A stretch of 64,000 bases of DNA from assembly GCA_037447605.1 (NCBI GenBank), contig CM074813.1, positions 620,001 through 684,000 on the forward strand. Direction: 5' to 3'. Positions within the stretch are counted from its first letter, which is position 1, and the number at the start of each line of letters is the position of its first letter. The notes beneath the pieces were generated by a model that did not search any database, was not told the DNA's origin, and saw only the letters and a list, made by a program, of their open reading frames with translations. Positions 1 to 19,333 of the stretch are shown here, piece by piece. Source of the DNA: Zygnema circumcarinatum SAG 698-1b (Eukaryota > Plantae > Zygnematophyceae). A program made the position numbers and the translations under genes.

Positions 1-1683
1 AAGCTGCGCGGAAGCTGGCTCGAAACTTCTTCCTGGGCGGGTTCCTGGCGCTGCCCGGCCTCTGGCTCGTGAACTGCGCTCTGTTCGGCCCCGCGCTGCG
101 TCGCCGCCAAGCGGGGGACGCCGCGCTCAGGAAGTGTGAGTGAGGGGGGGGGCGCAGGGTTCAGGGTTCAGGGTTTAGAGTTTAGGGTTTAGGGGGGTAG
201 GGCTTGGGGTTAAAGGTGTAGGTTGTTAGGTTGGGGTGTAGGGGGTAGGGGTTGGGGTGTAGGGGTTTAAGCTGTAGGGTTTGGGGGGGCAGGGGGTAGG
301 GATTAGGGTGTAGAGTGTAGGGTGTAGGGTTAGAGGTTAGGGTTAGGGGGTAGGGTGTAGGGTGTAGGGTGTACGGTGGAGGGTGTAGGCTGTACGGTGT
401 AGGGTGTAGGGTGTAGGGTGTAGGGTTAGAGGTTAGGGTTAGGGGGTAGGGGTAGGGTGTATGGTGTAGGGTGTAGGGGTAGGGTGTAGGGTGTAGGGTG
501 TAGGGTGTAGGGTGTAGGGTGTAGGGTGTAGAGTGTAGGGTGTAGGGTTAGAGGGTAGGGTTTGGGGGTAGGGGTAGGGGTTAGGGTGTAGGGTGTAGGG
601 TCTAGGGTTAGAGGTTAGGGTTAGGGGGTAGGGGGTAGGGGTTAGGGTTTAGGGTGTAGGGTGTAGAGTGTAGAGTCTAAGGTTAGAGGTTACGGCTAGG
701 GGGCAAGGGGGTAGGGGGTAGGGTTTAGGGTTTCGGATCTAGATTTAGGGGTTAGAGGGTTTAGGGTTAGGGTTAGGATTAGGTTCTAGGGGTGAGGGTT
801 TCGAATTTAGGGTTTGGGGTTACGGTTTTTAGGGTTTAAGGATTGCATTTCAGGGGGTTGTAGGTTCTTGAGGTTTTGGGGTTGCGGTTCAGGGGTTAGA
901 GTTGAAGGCTTCAGGGTATTAAAGTCAATTGTAGGGCGTTGCAGGTTTAGGGTTGAGGGTTGAGGGTTGAGGATTAGGTCGTCCTAAGTTTAGGGTTTGG
1001 GGTTGGGGGTGTGGGTCTGGGTTAGGTCTGCGGTTTTAGGATTTAAGGGCTTCTAAAAACGGCGTTTGGTGGCCGGGGATTAGGGTGTAAAGTTGTGGCT
1101 CAGGGTTTGGATGTAAAGGTTTGGGGTTTAGGGTTGAAGGATTTCAAGGTTGGGTTTAAGAGTTGAGGATTCAGCGCTTAAGATTTTTTTCATGTTTGCG
1201 GTAAAGGGTTCAAGGTCTGGTTTTAGGGGTGGGCAGTTGGAGTTTGAGATTTTTTGGTTTCGGAGGTTTGTTTAGGGCTTTGAGGTCTTAAAAATCCGTG
1301 TTTAGGGTTGGGGTTTAGGTCTAGGGTTCAGAGGTAGGTGTGGGATGTATAGTTTATGGTCAGGGTTTAGGGTTTAGAGTTTGAGGGTGGAGGGTTTAAC
1401 GTTAGGGTTTAGGGCGGAGGGTGGAGAGAAAATATTACTGTTATTTTTTTCTTACGAAAAGAAAAATACGTGACTTGATTTTGATTTTACTTTTCTGCCC
1501 CGACCTGCAGATGTGATCAGATCGGGGGTCGGATTCCTCGCTGTGACGACTTTGCTGCTGACGTGGAGTCTGACGTTTACCATTGGAGGGGAGAGAGTTT
1601 TCGGTTCCAAATGGAAAAATCTCGCTGTCTATAATCTTATGGATAAGCTTCAAGCCGTGCTCGAGATGGCAAATGCAGCTTGA
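1..1683 (+). CDS. PEN2: Gamma-secretase subunit PEN-2 (presenilin enhancer 2), 5' end outside window; exons <1-135 and 1511-1683
   Basis: Exon 1 reads AARKLARNFFLGGFLALPGLWLVNCALFGPAL and ends at a GTGAGT donor (136). After a CTGCAG acceptor, exon 2 reads YVIRSGVGFLAVTTLLLTWSLTFTIGGERVFGSKW...MANAA*. Splice phases match, and the FLxLPxLWxVN and two-TM pattern is typical of PEN-2. Confidence 0.9.
155..1420 (+). repeat. Intronic telomere-like array (TTTAGGG/TGTAGGG/TTAGGG, degenerating 3'-wards) filling the PEN2 intron
   Basis: Directly visible. Near-perfect GGGTGTA runs lie at about 340-560, with degenerate GGGTTT(A) to about 1420. Confidence 0.95.
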
Positions 1684-1953
1684 GAGAGAGGGAGGGCGAG
1701 AGAGAGAGGGAGAGAGAGGGAGGGCGAGAGAGGGAGGGAAAGAGCGGGAGGGGGGGAGAGAGAGGGAGAGAGGGAGAGAGGAGGGCGAGTGAGAGAGGGA
1801 GAGAGGGGGGCCAAAGAGGGAGGGAGAGAGGGGGAGGGAGAGAGAGGGAGAGAGAGGGGCGAGGAGGATGAGCACAAGTTAGCTTTTGTACATATTAAAT
1901 AGGAGAATACCGTTTGTATGCGAGGGGAAAGAAAGGAGTGGGCAGAAATTTGT

Positions 1954-3913
1954 CTATGTATGATTTTTTTTCCGCAAGAAATAAGAAATTTTGCTTTCTT
2001 GAGCCTGTTTTGAGTTGTTCTTCTCCTCTTCTTTAGAGGTGTGTCGTGCTCCAATCAAATATTTCCATTTCATTATGTCATCCATACCCGAGTTAGAATC
2101 CAGCCCCCCCTCCCTCTCCTCCTCCCCCCCACCCTCGCTACCTGACCTTCCCCCCACTCCTCTCTCTTTAACCCTCCTTCCCTCCTACCTCCTCCTTCTC
2201 TAACTCTCCCTCTCCCTTCCTCTCTCCCTCTCTCCAAACCCCTCTCATTCTTGCCCACCCTTCCTCCCTCCTGCCCCCCCTCCCTTTCTAACCCCTCCCA
2301 TTCCCCTCCCAGCACTTTTCTCTCCTTCGCTTTCTCCCACCCCCCCTCTCCCGCCCACCCTCCTCCCTACCGCCTATTCTCTCTCTCTTTCCCTCCCGCG
2401 TCCCTCCCACCCCGGTTGCGCCATGAAAAAAGTGAAAGAAATAAATATTTCTCCATCTCTGGGAATTACAAAAGCAAAAACTCGCAATTGCCTTTTCCAT
2501 TTCTAACTGCACAGGTTTAGGAATCAGAGATCCCTTAAACACTAAACTCCAAAATCTTTCCAAAGCTCCGTCTCCCCTTTTACAACAACCAATGAAAAAA
2601 ATTCGCAATGAATGTACACTCACTCTCAGACGCTCGTTCCTTCCCTCCCTCTCTCCGTCCCTCCCTCCCTCCCTCCATGCACACATCCATGGGGTCCTGA
2701 AGCATCACAAGGCCCCCATGGATGCAGGGGGAGTTCTATGTCTTAGGGTCCTCCGCAAACCCTAAATCCCTAAACCCTAAAATTTCTTAAAAACATATTC
2801 TCCAGCAGGAATTGAACCCAAGACCCACTCCGAAATCGAGCCCTTGATCGCGGATCAGGTCGGGTCGGACCAAAGTCAGAGTCAAGAGGAGTCAGTCGTA
2901 GTCCTGACAAGTCAATGTCTGACGTGTCCTGCCAAGTGGTAGCGGCACGTCTCAGAAAAAACCACTCGCGGGCGCTGGTAGGGCGGCACCTCCACCGCGT
3001 GGACCTTCACAGGGTCCGGCCTCCTCACCGCCCTCCTCTCCCACAACGGGAGACTCTCTCTCTCTGTCCTCTCCCAACCCCTCCACACCTTCATCCCCTT
3101 CCCACTCACCTCTCTCTCCCGCCCCTTCCAGTCTCCCTTCTCCCTCCCTGTCCCCTCTCCCTCCCTCCCCCCTCTCTCACCTCTCTCCTCCCCCTCTCTC
3201 CGTCTCACATCTCGCTCCCTCTCTCCCTCTACCCTCTCCCGCCTTCCCACAACCAGACCCTTCAGTGCTCCCATCGCATCGTTTCCCACAAAATACGTCG
3301 AATTGTTTTTTTTCTTCTGAATATCGCTGTTTTTCTCGCTAAATTGAATTTCCAGTCGCCTGTTTCCATGTGTCGCCCTCACGTTTGTCTGCGACGGTAA
3401 CGGAACTGTGACCCCAAAGGTGCGCCCTTTTCCGTTCCCTATCAGGCGGACACCTGGCATGGAGCTTCCGTACAGCGCCCCCTCCCCCTTTCCCCTCTCC
3501 CTCCCCTTCGCTCCTTGCGCGACACGTGGCACCTCCCCCTCCCTCGGCTTCGGCAAATCTGGTCCGTCCGAGAGATCAACGGTCCAAACCGCCCCCCCGC
3601 ACTCCCCCCACAGCAGGCTTGCCACGTTTCCAAAGCAGAGCCTTCCGCTAAACCCTAAACCCTCCTCCCCTCCTTGTTTCTTCTCTAAACCCTCCCCGTC
3701 CTTCTCCCCCCCCTCCTTCCTCACACCACGTGTCCCCTCCCCATTGGTCCGCTCGCTCCCACGGAGCCTCCGTGCCCGCCCCGGCAGCCACGTCATCCTG
3801 CTCCCTCCCGCCTCCGTGGCGCACTCAGGAAGAGCCAGGTCATCACCAGGTACCACGTGTCGGCCCCCGCACACGAGCCACGTGTCCCTCCCTGATTGGA
3901 TCTCAGCCGCCAT
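1954..3913 (-). CDS. Candidate orphan gene, unidentified, exon structure unresolved
   Basis: A 333-codon minus-strand ORF (2912-3913) has a GC3-rich segment (RRPDPVKVHAVEVPPYQRPRVVFSE). A protein-like terminal ORF reads GMDDIMKWKYLIGARH...QESKISYFLRKKNHT* (stop at 1954). No family was recognised, and joining the pieces needs unverified splices or frameshifts. Confidence 0.25.
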
Positions 3914-4900
3914 TCGGAACCGATAACTGCCCTAGGAAAAGATTTGCTGCGCGCTGCTATATAGTAGACTCCGCGACCAGTCTTGGAGTCGCCGGACGTC
4001 GCACAAAGTCGTATGGCCATTAATTGGCTCTTTGGGGTCGCACGACATCGCAGGGAAAAAAAGACCAATGAGAGAACGCCACCTCAGCAAGCACTTCCGG
4101 GATAGGCGGCGGCAAAGCGGGGGCGTCGCACGGCATCGTCTGCGCTGCATATCATCGTGGGGGTCGCACAACGTCGCATAACGGCGCATGGCGCTGTGAT
4201 TGGTGAGATCTGGAAGTACGGCATCGCATTGTACGGTTTGACCGACCGGGGGCGCCACGTGGTAAAAGCGCGTCCCGGGAAACTCCGACGAAGCGGACTC
4301 GACGCTGAGGACGCTGGAATTGGGACCACGTATCCAATCAGAAGCTGCAACGTGGACAGGACATGTAAGCATCGGGTCTGTATACGTGGATTGCCGTGGC
4401 TTCCTTACGTGATAGCCAATTGAAGCCAATTGGAGCTGAATTTGGCACGTGGCGGTGTTTGATGAGTCAACGGAGAGTTGACCATGGAAGTCAAAGTCAA
4501 GATGAGTCTGGTCAGGTCAAACTTATCGGTTTGTCGTTTTCCCTGCGGTGCTGCAAGCCTGCAACGTAACGTCCGTACTTTTCTGTCATTGACTTTCAGA
4601 GGGCCCTCGAGCCGTACATCGCTTTGTGAACGAAGCTGACTCGCACGCGCGAATCTGATAGGAATACTGAGAATCGATACTCCGATATAACCATATCGGT
4701 GCCACAGTCATGTACCGTACGGTATCGACACGTGGCCTGAAAGCGGTACGGACGGCACATGTGACCTCCGTCCCAATGCGCTTACCGGGGAACTGAGCCA
4801 ACCGGTGAATCCATGTGCCACGTGGCATTAGAAAATTCAAAAGTCAAGATCTGAACATTTGAATAACAGTCAATGTCACGGTGCCATGTGGCATGGTCAC
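3500..4900. promoter_or_regulatory. GC-rich, motif-dense putative regulatory region (G-box/ABRE-like CACGTG, CCAAT, GTAC, GTCGCAC repeats)
   Basis: Multiple (G/A)CCACGTG and ACGTGGC sites (e.g. about 3523, 3726, 3853, 3879, 4255, 4426, 4728, 4819). Several CCAAT/ATTGG sites, a GTAC cluster at 4575-4750, and a TATA-like CTATATAG near 3957. Confidence 0.5.
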
Positions 4901-5139
4901 ATTCATGGGTAAAGTTTGAAAATGCGATCAATGGAGCCATGCTTTTGAAAAAGTAAAAAAAATCCGAAAATTAAAAAAAGTGGAACACAATTTTAGGTTT
5001 TTGAAAAAGAAATTTGGGGGATAAGGGAGAGAAGGGGGACGGGAAAAAAATCCCGAATCCTCTTAGAAGTTTATTTACAAAAATGGTTCTCCATGACATA
5101 AAGAAAAAAAAAAAAATGTAGATAATTTTAATTACCCTG

Positions 5140-12345
<7,206 letters not shown>

Positions 12346-12539
12346 GGCTGCAACCAACCGTTGGCACTTGCCGACGGCAAAAGTCAAAACGGAGGAAAAA
12401 AGGAGTGAGATAGAAGCTTCCAAGAAGCTGCGGTTTCCCTTTCCATGAGTGGAATGTCGTTTTACAGTAGTTCAACGGTGAGCAATTTGGATTTAACAGA
12501 CTTTTACGGCCAGGAATGGATTACAAGGAACGGCTGTGT

Positions 12540-13170
12540 ATAGGCCACATGGCTGCAGCAGAGTGGACGTTGACCCTGTGACGATGACACGTCCGCTTGC
12601 GGCTGCGGCCACGCTGGACCATCTAGCGGCTGCGAATACGTCACGTCATGTCACGCTGGACCATCGGGAGGTTGAAAATACGCCACGGCGTCATCCAAAT
12701 GAGGTGAGATCCCGCAGGGACGCGTGGCTGCCAGGTGCGAAGGAAAAATCGGATTGGACGAGGGCCAGCCACCTGGCTATAAGGCTCGTGATTGGACGGT
12801 ACGAACACGTGGCAGACCATTGGGCGAGTACAGCCACAAGGCAAAAATGAACGGCTGAGATACATTCCAGCACATTGGTGGATCGAAATGACGTGGCACG
12901 GAAGCAGGAGCACTGTAGCATGGGAAGGTTCGAACCCGAAACCCTCTGCTTCCTAAAGAAGAAAAGAAAACCAAGCGAGTTCGAAATTTGGAATTCAATA
13001 GAAAGCGAAGTTCGTCGTTTGTCGTTTTGCGCACCGGTGACCACAGTACTATACTGTATTGGGGACTCCGACGCCACGTGGCAGGACAAGGGCTCGCTAA
13101 GTGGCAATTTCTGCCACTTTATACAAAACCCTAAAACAAGCCAACCAGGCCTTGCCACGTGGCCATGCCG
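12540..13170. promoter_or_regulatory. Putative CSB promoter with G-box/ACGT and CCAAT motifs
   Basis: Lies upstream of the CSB ATG (12345). Contains CACGTGGC at about 12806, 13076 and 13156, TGACGTGGC at about 12888, several GATTGG, and a TATA-like CTATAAG near 12777. Confidence 0.45.
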
Positions 13171-13298
13171 TTTCTTTCAAGCACGTTCAAAAACTACATC
13201 GTTTTCTAAAGACTTGCAAAAAAAGCGGGACCCAAATTTGAACCCTTTTATTCCAGAATAGCAACAAACTAACTTTAGTTTAATTTATTTTTGTGCAT

Positions 13299-14637
13299 TT
13301 AGTGGTCGGCGCAGTAGAGGTCGTCCGCGCAGGAGGCCGTCCCAAGGCCGTACCGGAGGCGCATGATGTCCAGTGTGAACGTAGACTTTTTGGACCCGAA
13401 AAAGAGCAGGGCCTTCGCGCACACCACTTTTTCAAACGCCGCGCGGACCTGCGCGTTGCGCTTGAAGCTGAGGCCCTGCGGGGGGGGGAGGGAGGGCGAG
13501 GGAGGGAGAGGGAGGGAGAGAGAGGAAGAGGGAGGAAGAGGGAGGGAGGGAGAAAGGGGGCGATGAAAGTTCTCGCAAAATGGAAAATACATCTTCTCTT
13601 TTGAGAGAGTGGGGAGACAAAATAGCTGAGAGAAAGAAGGGGGAGAGGGGGAATGGGGGAGGGGGGAGGGTCCACTGACCCCCTTGCTAAGAATGTCCGA
13701 CCAGCTGCCATTTTCGTGCTCAGGCCAATAAGTTGGAACTGAGACGACTTCCATGGGGCGGCCGCTGACTGTACGGAGGTTCCATGCGAGCTCGGCAATG
13801 TCGTTCTGTGATCCGTCGGTGGCGAGGTACAGGGAGGACAGGTCCGTTCCGTTGAACCGCTCCAGCTGCGACTTGAGGCACAGCGCAGCCTGGCGCGTGG
13901 TGTAGTGGCACCCTGCGTTCAACTGAGGGAGGGAGGAAGGGACGGAGGGAGGGAGGGGAGGGAGGGAGGGAGGGAGGGACGGACGGAGGGAGGGAGGGAG
14001 GGAGGGAGAGGGGAACGGAGGGAGGGAGGAAGGGAGGGAGGGAGGGAGATAGAGAGAGCGAGAGAGAGAGGGAGAGACAACGAGAGAGAGACAGGGAGCG
14101 AGAGAGAGAGAGAGGAAGGGGGGAGAGAGGAAGGGAGGGAGGGAGAGAGGGAAGGAGAGAGAGGGGATGGAAAGGAAAGAGAGAGTGAGATGCAGGGAGG
14201 GAGAGAGGGCAACAAGAGCGAATCAAGCATCCAATCTGCACACTCGCCATTTACGAAATACAAGTGCAAGGGGTGCAAATGGGGTAGAGCGCACCCCCCG
14301 GCAGTAGTTGGCGAAGTCCCCCCTGCGGAGGTGCAGGCACGCGAAGGGCCGCCTCCCCCAGTTGTGCCGTCCGTACGCCTCGGCGGCGGCCATGATGGCC
14401 TGCAGCGGCTGAACCCCGAACCCTAAAACTGAAGGGAAGTGAGATGAACTGAAATCAAAGGAAATGGAATGGAAAGGTATGAAAACTTTCATGTATGGTT
14501 TATTTTGGATATCGAAACTTGCTGCTTCGTTCAACTTCGCAACCCGGCTCAAATAAGGGGATCGTCACAGTCGATTTACCAGGAAAAAAGGAAGAAAGGG
14601 AGGCGAGGGGGGGGGGGGGGGCAGGGGGAGGGAGGAC

Positions 14638-14687
<50 letters not shown>

Positions 14688-15278
14688 GCGAGAGGGAGAG
14701 AGAGAGAAAGAAAACGGACACGGATAGAGGAAGGTGGAGGAAATGACGGGTGCAATTTCAACGGTTGCAGAAAGTGGATGGAGTGGACCCTCCCTTCCTC
14801 CCTCCCTGCCCCCCTCCCTCCCTCCCTCCCTCCCTACCGTAGAACTGGCAGTTACATGGAACGGCCGTACCTGAACCGCAAGCTGAGAGGTGCAGTTTGA
14901 GTTTTGGACTTGTTTGAAGGGAAGGTCAACGGGGGAAGCTAATCCGTCAAACGCAGATGGCGAACTCTGCACCGCGCAACCCTAAACCCTGTGAATATTT
15001 AAAATCCTACCTCCTTAGAAAATATTAAACGCTAAGAGTTAAGACCGTACCTACCAAGTTAAAACCTTTAACTTAGAAGAGAAAAGCACCTGGATTTCGG
15101 TAATTTATTAGCCATTTCTAGGCGGGAAAAGGTCGGAAAAAGCACCTTTGAAAATCCGTCAATGTAAAGAATTCCTTCTCCAAGGGAGGAGTATGCTGCT
15201 GAAAAATCTGCACCATTTCGGCACGGAAACAGACTGCCGTTAAAAGGAGAGAGAGTAAGACGGGGGGGGAGAGAGAGG

Positions 15279-15316
<38 letters not shown>

Positions 15317-18300
15317 CAGAGAGAGGGAGAGAGAGCCTACCTTCAGCCTTCAGACTCGTGTGCCTCTTTTCTAACAGTTCTGCATTCGGCGCCGTCCGTA
15401 CATCCTGGTAACTCCAAAAGCCTTTCTTGTTTTTGGGGTCTTTACCAACTGCCATGACATGCCACGTCATCACATAACCCTAAAAACCCTAATTAATGAT
15501 ACAAAACCCTAAACCTTCATCCTGAACCCTGATTCCTAAACCCTGATTCCTAAACCCTGAATCGAGAAACCCTAAAATTCTTACGAAGAAAAGTCACAAC
15601 CTAAAATTGTCAAGAGCTGTGAGATTCATGCTTTCTAAAGTTCTGAAAACCCTAATTTTTCAAGTGAATGCGGAGTATTCATTTTAGGGTGTAATGTGTG
15701 GCATCGGAAAAGTCAGGGTTTAGGGTTTAAGGGCATTTTGGCAGTACCCCATTTGCAGTTGCCGCTAAGGCACAAAATTTTATCCACCAATACGGGCACA
15801 CCGTACTGTCACCCCACAAATGGTTACGTGCCACGTCATCTCAATATTCATTTCTAGTCTTAAAGAATATTGTGGAGGGTTCATTAATACCTATTTGGGC
15901 AATTCGCGAAAGTTTGAATTCAGGAATCTGTAAATATTTAAGAATTTAGGGAACTGATAGGAAAGGGGGTTTAGGGTTTAGGGCAGACACTGGGATGCAG
16001 ATTTTGGGGTTTAAATACACGTTCTGACTTACACTTTTTTTGTACTCTTCGAGCGATATGACGGTGTTGGCTCCATAGCAAGTTCGCATGTGATTGAGGT
16101 CAAAAAATGGACGCAAATCGACACCTACCTGCATAGAAACCGTTACAGTCTACTCAGTTCCATGGAACGGATTCCGTCCCTCCCTACTGTTGAAAGTTTA
16201 CCAACAAATCTCTGAACCCTATAACTCTGAACCCCTGTCCTCAAACGGCAAATTCCGAACCCTAATTCCTAAACCTTCAACCCTAACCCTAACCCTAACC
16301 CTAAACCTACACCCTAAATCCTAAACCCTAGACCCTCACCCCAAACCTACACCCTAAACCCTGAACCCTAACCCCTAAACCCTAACACTGACCCTAGTCC
16401 TACACCCTAAACCCTAAAACCCTTACCCTAAGTCTAACCCTAGTCCTACACACTAAACCCTAAACCCCAACCCTCAAACCCTAACCCTAACCCTTATCCT
16501 ACGCACTAAACCCTACACCCTACACCCTAAACCTTAACCATAACCCTAATCATACACCCTAAACGCTAAACCCTAACCCTTTCACCCTAACCCTTAATCC
16601 CTAACCCTAACCCTACTCCTAACCCTAACCCTAACCCTAATCCTACACACTAAACCCTAACCCTAACCCTAGCCCTAACCCCAACTCTAATCCTACACCC
16701 TAAACGCTAAACCCTGAGAAGCCCTCCGACCCTGAAAACAAGTAGAACTGAAACTGTGGGCATAGAAACGGTTGGCGGCTGTTCACATATTTTGGATGGA
16801 GAGGCGCGATGAGAGTTCGGTTGAGCAGGCCTGCAATCAGCGTGACGTGACGCAGGCATTCTATGCGGTTACTTGTCTGCCCAAACAAAGAGAAAAAAAA
16901 GGGAGTGGGATTTTAATTCAGCTTCTTAGGCAGCTCAATGTCTCAAAACCTCTAGAATCTAAAACTCTAAAATTGGCACCAAAAACTCCCTAAAACCCTG
17001 AATATGCAAACCCTAAGTGAAACTTAAAATCACTTCATTGACCGAAATCCTTGAAACCCAAAAAACTCTGAAACCCTACATCTTAACCGTTCACAAACCC
17101 TAAAGCCCTTCTTCTTTTTCAGGAAAAGGAAAGGAAAAGAACGAACAGACATATGCTCTCCCTCCCTCTCTACCTTTCCTTGATCTTCTCTCCTCTCTCT
17201 CCTTCTAATTTCTCTCCTCCCTCTTTCTCCTCTCTCTTCCTCTCCCTCTCTCTGGTCTCCCTCTCCCTCCTCTCTCGGCCTCACCTGCTCTCCCTCCCTC
17301 TCTACCTTTCCTTGATCTTCTCTCCTCTCTCTCCTTCTAATTCCTCTCCCACTCTCTCTGGGCTCCCTCTCCCTCCTCTCTCGGCCTCACTTGCTCTCCC
17401 TCCCTCTCTACCTTTCTTTGATCTTCTCTCCTCTTTCTCCTCCTAATTCCTCTCCCTCTCTCTGGGCTCCCTCTCCCTCCTCTCTCGGCCTCACCTGCTC
17501 TCCCTCCCTCTCTACCTTTCTTTGATCTTCTCTCCTCTCTCTCCTTCTAATTCCTCTCCCTCTCTCCCCTATCCCGCTCTCTCCACTCTCTTCCTCTCCC
17601 TCTCTCTGGTCTCCCTCTCCCTCCTCTCTCGGCCTCACCTGCTCTCCCTCCCTCTCTACCTTTCCTTGATCTTCTCTCCTCTCTCTCCTTCTAATTCCTC
17701 TCCCTCTCTCCCCTCTCCCTCTTTCTCCTCTCTTCCTCTCCCTCTCTCTGGGCTCCCTCTCCCTCCTCTCTCGGCCTCACCTGCTCTCTCTCCCTCTCTA
17801 CCTTTCCTTGATCTTCTCTCCTCTCTCTCCTTCTAATTCCTCTCCCTCTCTCTCCTCTCCCTCTTTCTCCTCTCTCTTCCTCTCCCTCTCTCTGGTCTCC
17901 TTCTCCCTCCTCTCTCGGCCTCACCTGCTCTCCCTTCCTCTCTCTCCTTCTAATTCCTCTCCCTCTCTCTGGGCTCTCTCTCCCTCCTCTCTCGGCCTCA
18001 CCTGCTCTTGGGTTTGAGTTCAAAGTATGCCCACCCTTCCGTTATAACAAAATGGGAGCAAAAATTTCTTCTTTTCGGGAGCCCACGGTCGTTGCCATAT
18101 TTCACTTGCACTTTGGAGCATTTCCATGCGACTTTTTTTGTACAGTGATCCTTTTTTTCCGTTACAGATTACGGTTCCATGCTCGTTGAGAAAAAAATGT
18201 GAATTGTTTTCGATACCGTTTGAGGGAGGCTTTGGTATAGAAGGAGGCTTTGGTATAGAGGGCGGTGCAATCCTGGGAAAAAAAAAAAATTAGAAATTTA

Positions 18301-19047
18301 AAAACTAGATTATTTGCATTTTAAACGTTTAATGTAACCATGGATATAGGGAAAACCAAAAAAAAAAAGAGGGTAAAAAAGGGAAAACTTCTCACACAGA
18401 TGAATTATCTATTTTCGGTCCTAATTCAGCCGCAAGTTCGCTCTTCAAAAGAAAAACATCTTCTTTGGGAGCATCCCACTCCTCCTTCAAACTTCCCGCG
18501 GAAAAAAATAGTAGAGGGAAAAACCTCTCTGTGTTCCGTAAAACAAGAACGGAACTGTAAAAAAAATGTCAGTTCCATGTCAGGAGGAAAACGAAACCCT
18601 TGCCTCTATCTTGTCCCTTCTAAGAGTCTTAAAAAATTAGGGTTCAAGGTGATATCGGGCATTTAGGGTTTATGGTTCAGCATTTCAACAAAGGCTGTAG
18701 AGGATTGGGCCTTTCTTACGCTTTCCAAAGCTTAGGGTTCAGGGTAGTCCTCCTGCAGACCTTTCCTATATTGTGAACCCCCCGCATCCATCCATACATC
18801 CATCCATGCATACATCCACGCATCCATCCATACATACATCCATGCACACATCCATGCATACATCCATGCACACATGCATTTACCCATGTATGCATGGGGG
18901 TTTCGGGGAGGATGCATAGCATGGCATGGCATGGCATGGATGCCGACCCGACTGCGAGAGGGCGACGAGCGGTACGGACGCCAGCGCGAGCAACGCCGCC
19001 ACCAGTCCGACCGCCCCCAGACACGGCTCGCACCCCTCCTCGCCCAT
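13299..19047 (-). CDS. GDP-fucose O-fucosyltransferase family protein (O-FucT, POFUT-like), probable type II membrane protein; about 12 exons
   Basis: Family motifs CYNGRTSNRIECLR...AGLLNRTLIAP, ACLHLRRGDF, LYLATD and EKVVCAKALLFFGSKKSTFTLDIMRLR. The first exon MGEEGCEPCLGAVGLVAALLALASVPLVAL is a hydrophobic anchor preceded by an in-frame stop. Stop TAA at 13299. The exon 1/2 junction is uncertain. Confidence 0.85.
16255..16720 (-). repeat. Intronic telomere-like array (CCCTAAA/CCCTAA/CCCTACA on +) in an O-FucT intron
   Basis: Directly visible; G-rich on the transcribed strand, starting about 65 nt after the donor at 16786. Confidence 0.95.
17150..18008 (-). repeat. Composite CT-rich tandem repeat, 7 units of about 77-144 bp, each with a CTCGGCCTCACCTG core
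   Basis: Cores at about 17275, 17381, 17485, 17629, 17771, 17915 and 17992, with a shared ctacctttccttgatcttctc and ccttctaattcctc. Confidence 0.9.
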
Positions 19048-19333
19048 CACAGCGCGCCACGTGTCCTCCTATGCTGACGTGGCAGCCTAGGCCCGCTCCA
19101 TGCAGAAATGCTGCAAATCCGTAAAATGTGCGTTCAATGGTTTGCAGGAACCGGGATCAGAGGTCTGCGCCCGCTGCAGGCCGAGATGACGTATTGTAGA
19201 GATTTTAGGCACCATAAACCCTTAGACCCTAAAAACCCTAAAACCCTATCAGGCTTTCAAAAGTGAATTTTTTTAAGAATATGTTCAGTACTGACATTTG
19301 GCAAAATAATACTTTAGTCGACCGTCAGAAGTA

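Noticed and set aside
1-1420. A true chromosome end or subtelomere suggested by TTTAGGG at the window start
   Set aside because: The array is bounded by in-phase PEN2 exons, so it is intronic and interstitial.
2800-2850. tRNA B-box-like GGTTCAATTCC on the minus strand
   Set aside because: The T-stem is weak, and there is no A-box at the right spacing and no acceptor stem or anticodon arm.
12920-12945. GGTTCGAACCC B-box-like motif
   Set aside because: No cloverleaf can be built; it merges into a degenerate GAACCC/AAACCCT telomere-like unit.
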